Shown here piece after piece: positions 1-12,044 of a stretch of 64,000 nt of DNA. Within the stretch, counting starts at the first letter, position 1. Each line of letters opens with the position of its first letter. Both the position numbers and the translations under genes were made by a program. The stretch is from positions 2,172,541 through 2,236,540 of the forward strand of contig ML992502.1 of assembly GCA_010093995.1 (NCBI GenBank), given 5' to 3'. This DNA comes from Elsinoe ampelina (taxonomy: Eukaryota). The notes under the pieces are model-generated. The model saw only the letters and a program-made list of their open reading frames with translations, did no database searches and was not told the origin of the DNA.

Positions 1-2645
1 TTATAAGCCCGGTATAACTACCCCTGCACAAGCATATCACTTAGTTGCTTAGCTACTCTATTTATTAGTTAATTCTCTATTATCTCGCATTTTAAGCATT
101 AGAATCTGTTAAGAACTGCCTTAATTATAACTATAGGATTTAGGTGTTAATAAAGGGATAAATAACTATAGATACTAACACCTTAATAGCTAGAACACCT
201 ATCATTCTTACTATATTAGCTGAATAGGCTAGCTAGCTATATATTATTAAGATAAGAGCTTTAAACACTAAGATATAGGACCTTATTAATCCCTAGAAGA
301 CTATTAAGCTAGAGAGTCTCCCTAAGCCTTAGAGACTAGAAGTAGTAAATGTTAACTTCTTAGCACTCTTCTAGATATATAAGGAGGAACAAGCATAACA
401 TAATAAATAGTATAAGGCCTTAGCTAATTTAGCTAGCCTTATTTAGTTATTAATTATACTACAAGTTCTTACTATTATTTAGCTAGAAGAGGATCCTTAT
501 CTATAGGCTATCCTTCGAGCCTTAAAGAACAGATTTGCTCTATCTAATGTAGCTATATAGCTTAAGGTTAAAGCACTCTAGAGGAAATAACTCTCTAGTT
601 CTTCTCTATAGAATATAGACTATTAGCTTTAGTAATAGGAAGAGGTTATAGATAAGGCTAGGAACTATAATCTACTAGAAGCTTAAGGCTTAAGGCTATA
701 AAGAGACTTCTTGCTCTCTATCTCTAAGACTAAACTAGCATTTACTAATAAGTACCTTATTAATCTAGATTTACTAACTCTACTAACTATACTTAAACTA
801 ATTACTAAATTTAGACAGTTCTATAAACTTTATAAGCTATACAACAACATAAAGACTAGTAAGGGGGCTATAGCCTTCTCTATAGCTACTAAGGATATTC
901 TTTATAAGAAACCTAGTCCTATTAGAGAGCCTAAATATATATATTAAGGCTAGCATAAGTAGAGTAAGTGCTATTACTTGAATAAGTATATAAGGCTAGA
1001 TAGATAGATACTAAACTAGTAGACTATAAAGGAGGTTAGATAGAGGCTAAATAATAAGACTCTTAAAGAGAGAATTAATACTATCCTTACTAAGGAAGTA
1101 TAATATTAGAAGGGGTTAACTCTACTAGTACTAATTAATATAGCTATAACTATTAGATTATACTTAGTATTTATCTTAGCTACTACCAATATCTTAAGCT
1201 TATAGATACTAGATTCTAGAGTAACTAATTATATCTATAATTACACTATAAAGGATAGATATAAGATTACTAGAATTATAGAACCTTATAAGAAGCTATT
1301 CTATAGTAATACCTTACTTAGTATTAAGAGTTAGAGAACTATTAATATTATAGCTCTTTATAAAGGAAAGCCTATAACTATCTATCTTATAAAGGTAGCC
1401 TATATACTATTAATTATAACTAATCTAGTTAGCCTTAGGAGGTTTGTTAATAGTAGAGTCTATTAGAACACTTAAACTATAGAAATTAGCTATAAAGGAA
1501 GAGTACTCTTCTTAGTTATACTAAAGTATAACTAATATATACTAGAGAATAACTCTAAAGCTCTCTATGTTACTATTACATTAAGGGAAGATAATCCTTA
1601 ACTATTAGCCTTTACTATAGTTACTATAAGGACTAATTAATCTTAGTATAAGGTTATAGACTATCTAAGCCTAGAATCTGTTAATTACCTTCTAACTACT
1701 ATAGTTAGTAGTGAACTAACTCTAACTAAGCCTAGTTTAGTAGCTTAACTAATTTATCTTAGGTCTCTATATTAGACTTATAAGCTATTAAATACTTAGC
1801 AGATTATATTAAGGAGCTCTAACACTAAACTTGCTATATTAAAGCTATTTAAGAGAACTACCTTTAATATTATTATTAATAGATTCACTAGCTATAATAA
1901 GGTAAGATATATAAGCTACTTTACTTATAGGACTACTAACTATTAACTAGTTGCTACCTATGCTTATAGATATAAGATTAATAAAATCTATATTAAGATA
2001 ATTACTTATATTAAAAGTAATCTTAGCTTTAAAATTAGATTCCTTAGGAGTAATAATAAAAGGGCCTTTAGCCTTAAATTCACTATCTTCCTAGATAGTA
2101 AAGAAATCTATTATAAGCTATCTACTCCCTATACTTAAGCTTAGAATAGTTACAATAAAAGGATAGGAGCTATACTATTAAGGAGAGTAAGAGTAATTGC
2201 TATATTTACTAATCTACTAAGAGAATTATACTCTAAATTGTATAGATTAGTAGCCTATCTAATTAATAGAATACCTCTTAAGAAGCTAGACTAGAAGACT
2301 CCTTTTAAGCTAGTTTATAGATGCTCTCTATTAGTTGCTTATCTTAGGCTACTTAGATATAAAGCTTATACTTTAGATAAGCTTATTATAAGTAGTAACA
2401 AGCTTATACTAAGAGCTTATATTAGCTATCTAGTTAGCTATAACTTAACTAACATCTTTAGGATCTTTATACTAGCCTCTAAGAAGGTTATTAGAATAAG
2501 AGATGTTAGATTTAATAAAACTTAGTTCTATAAGCTAGAGGAATAACCTTAGCTAAAACTAATTAGATTACTTAATCTACTAAGGCTCCTATAGAAGGTT
2601 AATAAATCTAAAGGGGTGCATAAAGTAGAGGGAACAACTAAACTA

Positions 2646-2753
2646 AATCTAGTTTAGTATCTAGTTTAGAATCTAGTTTAGAATCTAGTTTAGAATCTAG
2701 TTTAGCATCTAGTTTAGTATCTAGTTTAGAATCTAGTTTAGAATCTAGTTTAG
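2646..2753 (+). repeat. 9 x 12-bp tandem repeat (HATCTAGTTTAG) in the copia IN-RT linker
   Basis: Directly visible; in-frame unit, de-RIP reading approx. (N/H)PVQ. Confidence 0.9.
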
Positions 2754-4905
2754 TAGCCGAACTAGATACTATCTTAGACTCTAAGTTAGAGTAATCTAGA
2801 TTAAGGGCTAAGCCTACCTTAGTAGCTAGATAAGAGTTACTCTATTACACTAGATTAGTTACTACCTCTATTAGACTAATTAGATAAGGCTATTCTAGAT
2901 CTAAACCTAGCTTAGATCTAGGAATCTTTACTAAATAAATAGTTCTTTAATACTCTAGCCTTACTACTATCTATAGTAGTATAGCTATCTCCTCTACTAC
3001 TAGGAGGAGATAAAACTAAAGGAGATAAAATAGAAGTTTAGACTAAAGAGGTAGTTAAAGCTTAGCCTAAGTAACCCCCTTAAAGAATTGCTATAAGGTT
3101 AGCTAATCTTCTTCCTAAATATATCCTTATAATAAGAAGAATAAGAAAACTAAGAAGGTAAGCATATATTACTACCCTTGTATAAACTAATAAGGCCCCT
3201 AGATATTACTAAGCCTTTAATGCTTATCTATTAATAACACTAACTTAGCCTAAGCTAGAATTAAGAGACAATCTTCTACTACTACTAGCTAATATTAAAG
3301 AACTTAAGGCTTATTCTTATAAGAAGTAATTTTAAGAGGCTATAAAGGTTAAATTACTTACTTTACACTTAAAACATATATAGACTATTATACTAGTAGC
3401 TTAAGCTACTAGTAAGCCTATCTCTTTAATATAGGTATTTACCTATAAAGTTAATAATAAGGGAGAGATTATAAAGCATAAAGTAAGAGTCTATATAAGG
3501 AGTAATCTCTAATTAATAGAATCTAAGACTTATATAGCAACTCTAGTAGCTAAGATCTTTAGAATACTTATAGCTCTACTTGCTTATAAAGATATAGAGG
3601 CTATCTAGATAGATGTTATTAATACCTATATTAATAGTCCTATTAATAAGACTACCTACTATACTATCCCTACTAGATTTAAGCTAGTAGTAGAGGATCT
3701 TATAAAGGACTATTCTAGTATTACTCTATTAGATGTAATTCTCTTGCTTAATAAGGCCTTATATAGTCTTAAACAAGCTCTAGTACTCTAGTATACTAAA
3801 TTTACTACTACTCTAAAGAATATTAGATTCACTTAAGCCCCTAAGGCTCTATACCTCTAGATAATACCTAAAGTAATAATCTTCTTCTTTATAGATAACA
3901 TTACTATTATATATCTTAAGAAGTATAAGGAGAAAGCTAATACTATTATTATAGCCCTCTATACTAAATATAAGATAAAGGTACTTAGAGATCTAAGCTA
4001 GTTTCTAGCTATCTAAGTTATAAGAGATAGACTAATAAAGAGACTCTAGCTTAGCTAAGCCTAGTATATATAATAGATATATAGTAAGTTTATTATAGAA
4101 CTAACAAGGCTAGTGTTAATACTACTACTAATTAAGATACTCTAACCTTATAAAGGCTAAGTATTACTATAAGAGATCTACCTATACTAGTAGAAGATTA
4201 GATCTATTAACTTTGTAGCTGTTATTATAAGGCCTAATATTGCCTTTGCTGCTTCTAGACTATTAGAGCACTTAACTAATCTATTACTAACTTACTAGAG
4301 GCTAGTAAATAGAGTAATCTAGTATCTCTATAAAACTAGAGATCTAGCTCTTACCTTTAATAGCTTAATACTACCTCTAATCTTCTAAGCCTTATTAGAT
4401 ACTAGCTTTAGTAGTTACCCTTTAAGGAAGAGCCTAAGGCTATCTATTTAAGATGTTCTAAGGCTTAATTAACTAGAAGGCTACTAAGTAGCTAATAGTT
4501 ATAACCTTAAGTATAGAAGCTAAATTACTTACTCTTATAGAGACTACTAAGTAAGCTATATAGTAGAGGAGGCTAATAGCCTCTATCTATCCCCTTAAAC
4601 ATATTAGTATTTAGTGTAATAATTAGTAAACTATTAGTCTTATTACTACTCTAATTAAGAAGCTAAATACATATCTTTACTATGTTAATATTTATTATTA
4701 TTAGCTAAAACAAGAGATTAATTAAGCTAGAGATCTATCTAGCCCTATCTTAGTGATATAGATACTATTAGTAGACACCTTAGCTAATAGATTAACTAAG
4801 TTATTACTACCTAGAAGGTATAAGGCCTTCTTATAATAGCTATCCCTCGAGTTAGTAGTCTACTAACTAGCTATAACAGCCTTATAGCTATTTAGTAAAG
4901 GGGTG

Positions 4906-5164
4906 TGTCAACCGAGGTATAAGCTAGAGCGCTAAGAAAGACCCTGATTCAGTTCACCTATAGTTAAACTTAGTTAGTATCTACTATAACCTTAATTCAT
5001 AATCAATTTAGATCATTCTAGTGTTAGTTTAAAGCTATTAAGGAGTTTACTTGATTTATCTAACTTATAGTGCACCAAGTTGAGTATTTATGTAGTTACA
5101 ACCTACCAAACTTTGGTGGGGCAGGCAGTAATCAATCCTTTTTCCTCCCCCACACAAGTCAACA
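4906..5164 (+). repeat. 3' LTR of copia copy 1 (259 bp, TGTCAAC...GTCAACA)
   Basis: TG...CA ends, preceded by a purine tract, aligns end to end with 32471-32729. Confidence 0.93.
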
Positions 5165-5174
5165 CCTGAATGGA

Positions 5175-5182
5175 GTCACGTG
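5175..5182 (+). promoter_or_regulatory. GTCACGTG E-box (Cbf1/CDEI-type bHLH site) in the YRA1 promoter
   Basis: Exact RTCACRTG match, 10 bp from the LTR end and ~320 bp upstream of the ATG; binding is inferred. Confidence 0.55.
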
Positions 5183-5501
5183 AAAGAGCTAAAATGCCAA
5201 GGCCCCAACCTCCTGCCTCCTAAACTTTCTGCGCAGCTGCCTCTTCTTTCAGCTCCCATCACTTCAACACCCAAAGAGGCCGATTCAACTCCATTTCATC
5301 AAGCGCATCCATTTCACAAACCTTCCAACGACCACTTCTCCGACAACAATTAATTATTCAATTCACGAGTCGCACGACTTTGACTCGAAGGACTAGCGCC
5401 CTTCACGACTTCCTCGCAAGCACTTCACAGCAACACTCGTCGCGTCACTTCACGCGCATTTCTTCTCCAGCAGTACATTCAGTCACATCGCTCATATCGC
5501 A

Positions 5502-7232
5502 ATGTCTTCCAAGCTCGATCAAAGCCTTGAGGAGATCGCCGGTGGCCGTCGATCCACGCGCCCGAATGCCCGCCGCAACAGGAAGTCCGGAACAGTTGCG
5601 CCTGTTGGAGGTGTCGCGAAGAAGACTGCGCCAAAGCCCGCAAAGGCCATACCAACGGGCCCGAGAGCTCCAGCTGTAGTGCCATCGAAGGGACCAAGCA
5701 AGATCATCGTGAGCAACTTGGTGAGTTTATCCGCCCATTATCCATCGCATCATCGCTGACATATTCCAGCCCGATGATGTTACAGAGCAGCAAATCAAGG
5801 TACGTTGACCGAGAGCGTCAACAACTCGACCTTTCTTCGACTGCATTTATGCGAATTCTGTTTGAGCTCCAATGAGCATGGTCGCCTGCAATGTGCACCA
5901 TATCCTGTGGTCATGAACCGTCTCCTCGGCCAATCGTGTCACGCCTTCACAAGCGACGCAAAGAGCTTAATAAAGAGTCGAGACAAAAGGTTCTGGAATG
6001 AGCGACAAGCCCTGCGCATGCGCGGACTGTACGCGCGAGCGACGCCAAAGTGGTACCTCACATTCCTCACCCAGGCAAACAAAGGCATTCATAATCTCAA
6101 CCGTACTCAGGACAGGTCGTCAGTGAGCATGCGATTGTATCGGCGAATACGGATCAACAATCTCTACTGGAACTGTCGCACAGGGGAAGAATGATCTTTG
6201 GACCACTTTCGTCACTCCTGGCTGCCCATGGATGGCAAGTTTCCGGTTTCTCCCATATGGCGCGACAGACGTCTGCCCATTTCCAGGCTCTCATGATTCA
6301 CGTTGCTTCCGACACTGCCACGCTCGCTTTCACGTGGCTACGCGATGCTTCAAATTGGACACCGAGCACTGAATTTAATGCCTTGATGAGAACGACGTTC
6401 AAGCAAAAGACAGTACTTCTCGTCCATCGCCCTCGAATATACCTTTGCTGCTCACTGATGACCCAACTGATGTCACTGGCTGCGACTTGAACGACTTTGA
6501 TCGGCATTCGATTTTCTGGGTCCGCGCCGTCCTCTTTCTTCAACGCACGCCGCGAACGGAGTTGATGAACGTCCGAATCCTCTTCTAACATTGCATCATA
6601 GGAATACTTCTCATCCACCGTCGGACCCGTCAGGAGCGCGCTCATCAACTACACAAAGACTGGCAAGAGCACTGGAGTCGCCACCATTGTCTTCCAAAAG
6701 TCCAACAGCGCCGCCGAAGCCGCCAAGGCATACAACGGTGTCAAGGTCGATAACCGTCCTATGAGGGTAAGTCTTGCCAGGATCCATAATGTCGAGCTTA
6801 TCTAAAGGTCTATCAGATCGAGGTCATCGTTGATGCCGGATCCGTAGCTGCGCCGCCTGCGCCAAAGGGTCTTAAGGACCGCATCGCGTAAGTTCCTGTG
6901 CCAAATCACATACCTTCAACCACTCTGACGCTTTTAGCGCTCCCAAGAGCGCGGCCCCGAAGAACGCTGCTGCAGCGAAGCCCAAGGCTGCTGGTGGTAA
7001 GCCCGTCAACGGTGCTGCACCGGCCGGTGACCAGAACGGCCGCCGCGCGAAGAAGCCCAGGAACGCTCGCCCCAAGAAGAAGACTGCCGAGGAGCTCGAT
7101 GCTGACATGGCCGATTACTTCGAGCCGGGTACTGCTGGTGCCGCGCCTGCCGCTTCTACGAACGGAGCCGCACCAGCCGCAGCCGCCGCGCCCTCTGGAG
7201 GCGAGGCTGCCATGGAGGACGAGATTATGTGA
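5502..7232 (+). CDS. YRA1: mRNA export adaptor Yra1/Mlo3/ALYREF; exons 5502-5720, 5770-5799, 6602-6766, 6817-6887, 6938-7232
   Basis: N-box MSSKLDQSLEEI; RRM (KIIVSNLPDDVTEQQIKEYFSSTVGPV...GKSTGVATIVF...YNGVKVDNRPMRIEVIV); C-box KKTAEELDADMADYF; GT-AG introns keep the frame. Confidence 0.95.
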
Positions 7233-7771
7233 AGATTTGGCGAGGGGCACGAACACAATCGACTACAACGACGATTATCAGACTGGCATACCTAGCACGG
7301 AGCAGTACAGCGCAGCTGGCACCGACTGCTTTTTCTTTCAGCTTCTGTTTTTGTACAACACCTTGAACTTCTGGCAGATCGGAAAGGAGCAGAATAGCTA
7401 GTACCAATGATCAGGCTCACCTCCTTTTTTCCCACCTCGCTTCAAAAAGACTACTGCATACCGACAAACCATTGCTTCACCAGCTTTGAACACAAGTTCA
7501 GTATTCATCTTCAGCGGCATGCGATGGATACTTGGCTTTAGTGAGACATGCACTCGACATGGAAGCTCATACAGCAAGATGGCGCTCATCAGAAGACATG
7601 CGTTCATGGCTATCATACGCCCACACTAATGCAATGCTGGGACCCAACATATCATACACCCTCTTAATCAACCCCCGGTCCACCTTCCCACCATGCACCC
7701 AACTACTTGCCCTCCCTCGCGCTCCCACATCATTCCTCACCCGCAGTAATCCTCCCTTGTGCCCGAAGGAT

Positions 7772-9255
7772 TTAGAGGAAATACTCGCCCGCCCTCCCCC
7801 TCCCCGCCGGCACCGCACGTCTATGATCCGGCACAGCCGAGAATATCGTGAAATCCGGCTCGAGGTCCTCGCCCAAGGTCATGATGGAAGCCACGTTGCC
7901 GCACCTGTAGCAGTAGTTTGGCGCGGACCACACGGTCACCACGTCTTGGTTTTTGAAGTGGTATTTGTAGCCCTCGTTGACGAGCTGGTGGGCGCGGGCG
8001 ATGAGGGTGAGGTTGTTGACGTGGTTGAACTGGGGACATGTAAGCGTTGGGGAAAGGAGAGGGGGGATCAAGAGGAAGAGAAAGGGTAAGGGAGGGCAAG
8101 GGAGGGAAAGGGAGGGAAACGGGGCCAGGGAGGGAAACGGGTTAAGGGACGTACCTCTGTGGCCACTTTGTCCCCGAACAACCATCCTGCTCCGCGAGGA
8201 GAGACGGCCCACGTGTCTACCTCTTCGGGGTCGCTCCAGACGAGATCGCAGAAGGCGCCTTCGTGCGGGATTTCTTGCGCGCGAGCTACCACGCGGATCT
8301 GGTCTAGTGTTCTGATCTCCGGGCTGAGGCCACCGTGCACGCAGAGGACTTTACCGTCTACGATGGCTGCTAGGGCGAGGAAGTCGAAGACCTGGCAGCA
8401 GCTCTTCCATACGCTTGCGTTGCCATATTTGGTCTGGCATTCTTCGTAGAAACCGTATACTTGGGTGATTTGTCGTGATTCGTGGTTGCCTCGTACTAAA
8501 GTCACGCGGTCCGGGTATTTGGCTTTGAGGCACATGAGGAGGGTGAAGGTTTCGAGGGAGAAGTAGCCGCGGTCGACGAAGTCGCCGAGGAAGACAAAGT
8601 TTTGCTTGCCGTTGTTGAGGTGTGTCTTCTTCCGTTGCGTGGCTGAAGGCGAACGAACGTCTTCTATTCCGCTGTCAGAGTCGGTGGGGGTATCGCTGCC
8701 GCTGGGGCCGCGGTCTGCGGTGCCTGTTGAGCGGGACCGGACGCGACCGCGGATCTCTTCCTCCTCTTCCTCCAGGTCATCGGCGTCTTCGCTAGCGTTG
8801 GAGGCTGAGGAGGTGTATGCGCTGTCGTGCTGGAATCGCCGCTTCATCTTCTTCTTGACTCGAGGGTCGGTGATCTGAGAAGGGGGTTCGAGTGCCGAGG
8901 CTTTGATGGCCGCTGCTGCGGTACTGCTAGGACTACCAGCTGTGGCAGAGACGCCGGCCGTGGATGTGAGGTCTTCATCGCCGGGCATGCCGCCAGCTAC
9001 GTTGAAGAGTTCGAGAAGATCATAGAATTGGCCGTGAATGTCGCCGCAAACCGTTACGGGTGTCCGGACAGGCTGTATATTTGACTCTTCCATGAGACAC
9101 TCTTTTACTATTTCGCAAAGCTTTTTCATATCTGCTTCTGGGAGGTACCTGCATAGACGTGCTTGGGCCAACCACTCGTCCGGACCGGCGTTTGAGGGGA
9201 GGACAGCGGGGCCCGGCTGTGGGACATCAGAGTCGCGCGCCATTTTGGAGCTCAT
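7772..9255 (-). CDS. SIT4: PP6/Sit4 Ser/Thr phosphatase catalytic subunit; intron 8030-8154
   Basis: GPDEWL...[46 protein letters not shown] and C-terminal YFL. N-terminus matches the Sit4/Ppe1 subfamily. Confidence 0.93.
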
Positions 9256-9765
9256 GGCTGGGCTTTATGGTATCGTGGGAAATGAGGTATAAATGTTGAA
9301 GTCGCAGGACCGCTATATTGCAGTCTGACGCCCAGCAGCAGGCCGGATCTCTAAGCAGTGTTTCCAGTATGGCTTCGGCGGCGGCGACGAGAGATAGCAA
9401 TGCGGTACGGGTCGTCTATCCTTACATCTCCTAGCTCTCCAGCTTGGCGTGAATGTTGCGCAAGCCGCGAATATGTGAAATATTGTCGAGAGATGGTCGT
9501 GTGATCGAGAGGGGCAGTCGAAGATGAGGGTCGATGTTGACCGCCGGCAGGAAATCGAGGCCGAAGTCGAGCCCTTGCAGCAGCTTTCAAAGGTTGCGGC
9601 TTTTGCCCCACGCTCGCCCGTTTGAGGTGCAGATGGGTCATGACTCGTGTTGCGGCTCTAATCGCACTCCATCCCAAGCTTCTATTGCCATCCTCTCCTT
9701 TCACAAGTGCTATTACACATCGCTAGACTGGTTTAGATAACAGAGAAGAGACACGACGCTGTAAG

Positions 9766-11398
9766 ATGCCGCCAAAATCGGCGAGCAACGCAAATGCGTC
9801 TGCACCGACTCCAGCTGGCATCATAAATGTGAACCCCACCACTTTACAGCCGGCACAAGCCAAATCAGCACGTCTCAAGGTCGTCGTGCGTCGCCTACCT
9901 CCTGGCTTGACGAGGGAGGAGTTTGAGACGTCTTTTGGCGAAGAATGGAAGATTGGAGGAGGCAAGATTGACTGGATCGAGTACAGGACGGGCAAGATCA
10001 GAAGGTCTCTTCAACATTCCTATGTCTAGTCCAGCACGCTGACTTCGCAGTCCCGGAAAGCATCCGGAGCAGTCACGCGCATATTTGCACCTCACCAGCG
10101 AATCTCATGTCAAGCCGTTCGAAAACAAATTTCTGGCAATCACCTTCCACGATGCAAAGGGAACACACCGCCACCCGGATCTCAAGTACTTACCACCTAC
10201 GCTGGAATTCGCATCTTTACAACGTGTCCCGACAGGTAAACCTCGTTTTGACTCTCGTCAAGGCCTGATCGACCAAGATCCAGAGTATATGGCATTCCTG
10301 GAGGGAGAGACTATGGCCATTCCCAAGGCACCGGCAATCGACTCCAATTTGACCGAGAGAACAAAGGAGCATGTCACCTCAACGCCGTTGATCGAAGCTC
10401 TACGCGAGAAGAAGGCCGCCAAAGCAAAGGCTCTCGCTGCAAAAGCAGCAAAGCAGGCACCCAAAGCAGAGGAGCAGGCTAGTCCTGAGAAAGCCAAGAC
10501 TGTCAAGGGGAGGAAGGGCAGAGATGAGGCGAAACCTGTGGTGAAGGATGTCAAGAATAAGGAGCTTACCAAGACCTCCAACAAAGAAAGTAGGCCCGCG
10601 CCAGATGCACAGGCCCCGGCGGCGGCAACAGCCTCGCCACCACTAGCACGCCGCCGCGAACGCGCACCTGCAAACATCAAGTCAATGCTGCAGCGCGATC
10701 TTGGTCTGGCTCCTTCACCTCGCAAAAGCAACAAGGATACTCCACAGGCAGAACTGACCCCCTCACCGGACAAAAAAGGACAGTTGCAACCTACCGAACC
10801 TCTTGCCGCGTCCTCTAGAAATGCTCGCCTGAAGAAGGACGGTCAAACAGCGGCGAAAGCTGCGCCGACAGAAGCAGGCAAAGGCCATGTTAATGCACAG
10901 GCCCCGCCACGTGCTCCTAAGAGCGGACAGGGCGCTTCTGTACCAACTCCCGCAAACCCCACAGCCTTGACGCCACAATCTGGCAATCAGACGACTCGTC
11001 CACCAAAAGCGCCAGCCAAGCCATCTCCTGGGGCAACCAAGGCCTACCTGAAGCACGCAAACGCATCTCAAGGCGTCACTGAAGAGCTCCTCAGGACAGC
11101 GCTGGCGACATTTGGCGAAATCCTGTCTCTGGAAATTGATAAAAGGAAGGGTACGGCTCTCGCAGAATTCAAGACGACAGAAAGCCTGGCCGCGGCTATG
11201 GCTAAGCGCTCTGTACCAGTCGCTCAGGGCGCAGTGGAGGTCTTAGAATATAAGGAAAAGCCTGCAGGTACGGCCAGAGGTGTAGGAAGCGGTCGTGGAA
11301 CCAATCGTGGTCATCGAGGACGAGGTGGAAGCAGAGGCGCAAGTGGCGGTACTCCACCAGTGGCCGCAGCTACGGCAGCAACGGCGAATCCTGGCTGA
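9766..11398 (+). CDS. UPF3: Nonsense-mediated decay factor Upf3 (Smg4/UPF3 domain plus C-terminal RRM-like region); intron 10005-10050
   Basis: RLKVVVRRLPPGLTREEF...SRAYLHL...PPTLEFA...DSRQGLIDQDPEYMAFLE. A 46-nt GT-AG intron with GCTGAC branch site joins the two ORFs in frame. Confidence 0.9.
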
Positions 11399-12044
11399 AC
11401 GATGCGTGGGATGTCCCTGCTAGTGGACAGGCAAGCACCAACCAAGATCACACTTACTGCCACGATGCGACCATCCACAGGCTCCTGAGGTGCAATAGCG
11501 GACGGCAAGACAACTGCGACGTCCAGTGTCGCCCGCTTGGCAGATTCACAATGCCTTTGTTCGAGCACCTCTAGACTGGCACGAAGATTGGCACAGCATC
11601 GCTTTGCTTACCGGCTGGTCGCTGAGCACTCTGACCTGGCTGCATTATCCTGCCCGCAGAGACTGCGACAGGGGTCTTGTCCCGTAGAGACAAGATAGAA
11701 AGAAATGAAGAGTGATGTATCCCTGGTTCTTTGTTCATTTACTTGTTTCCTGAGTCGTCATCATCTTGATCAAAGAACGTGGTCGACTTTCTCCTTGTCT
11801 CCTTGTCCACTTCCACTGTCTTTTCTTTGTTGTTTGACTCGGAAGTTGCGAACAGAAATGGCTTCCGTGTCTCATTGTTGGTATATCTAAGTCTGCAATC
11901 GCCCATCCACTAGAGACTCACCATCCCATCTTATTCTCACGACACCGCATCCCAACTCGTACCTACAGGCCCTGGTGGTCTGTTTGGTCTCTCTCTTTCC
12001 CGGTAAGTCACCGTCCCCGACTTGCTAACACAAATCTAGCCACC

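Larger units (their letters stand above)
1..5164 (+). mobile_element. Ty1/copia LTR retrotransposon copy 1, RIP-inactivated (5' LTR lies just before the window)
   Basis: Starts at a PBS-like ttataagccc. Degenerate protease WILDSGAT-H at ~1203, integrase ~1850-2350, RT ~3300-4050, RNase H ending ADGLTK at ~4780-4800, i.e. the copia order PR-IN-RT-RH. Purine tract before the LTR at 4906. Frames riddled with TAA/TAG. Confidence 0.93.

Noticed and set aside
711..947. Short ORFs in the AT-rich blocks (also 51906-52088 and 59637-59897)
   Set aside because: Chance open stretches in RIP-degraded retrotransposon sequence, not independent genes.
2646..2753. Tandem array as a CRISPR, telomere or satellite
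   Set aside because: No spacers; it is an in-frame 12-bp coding repeat inside copia pol.
6383..6470. Possible C/D snoRNA in the YRA1 intron (TTGATGA...CTGA)
   Set aside because: No convincing terminal stem and no rRNA guide recognisable by eye; needs snoscan/Infernal.
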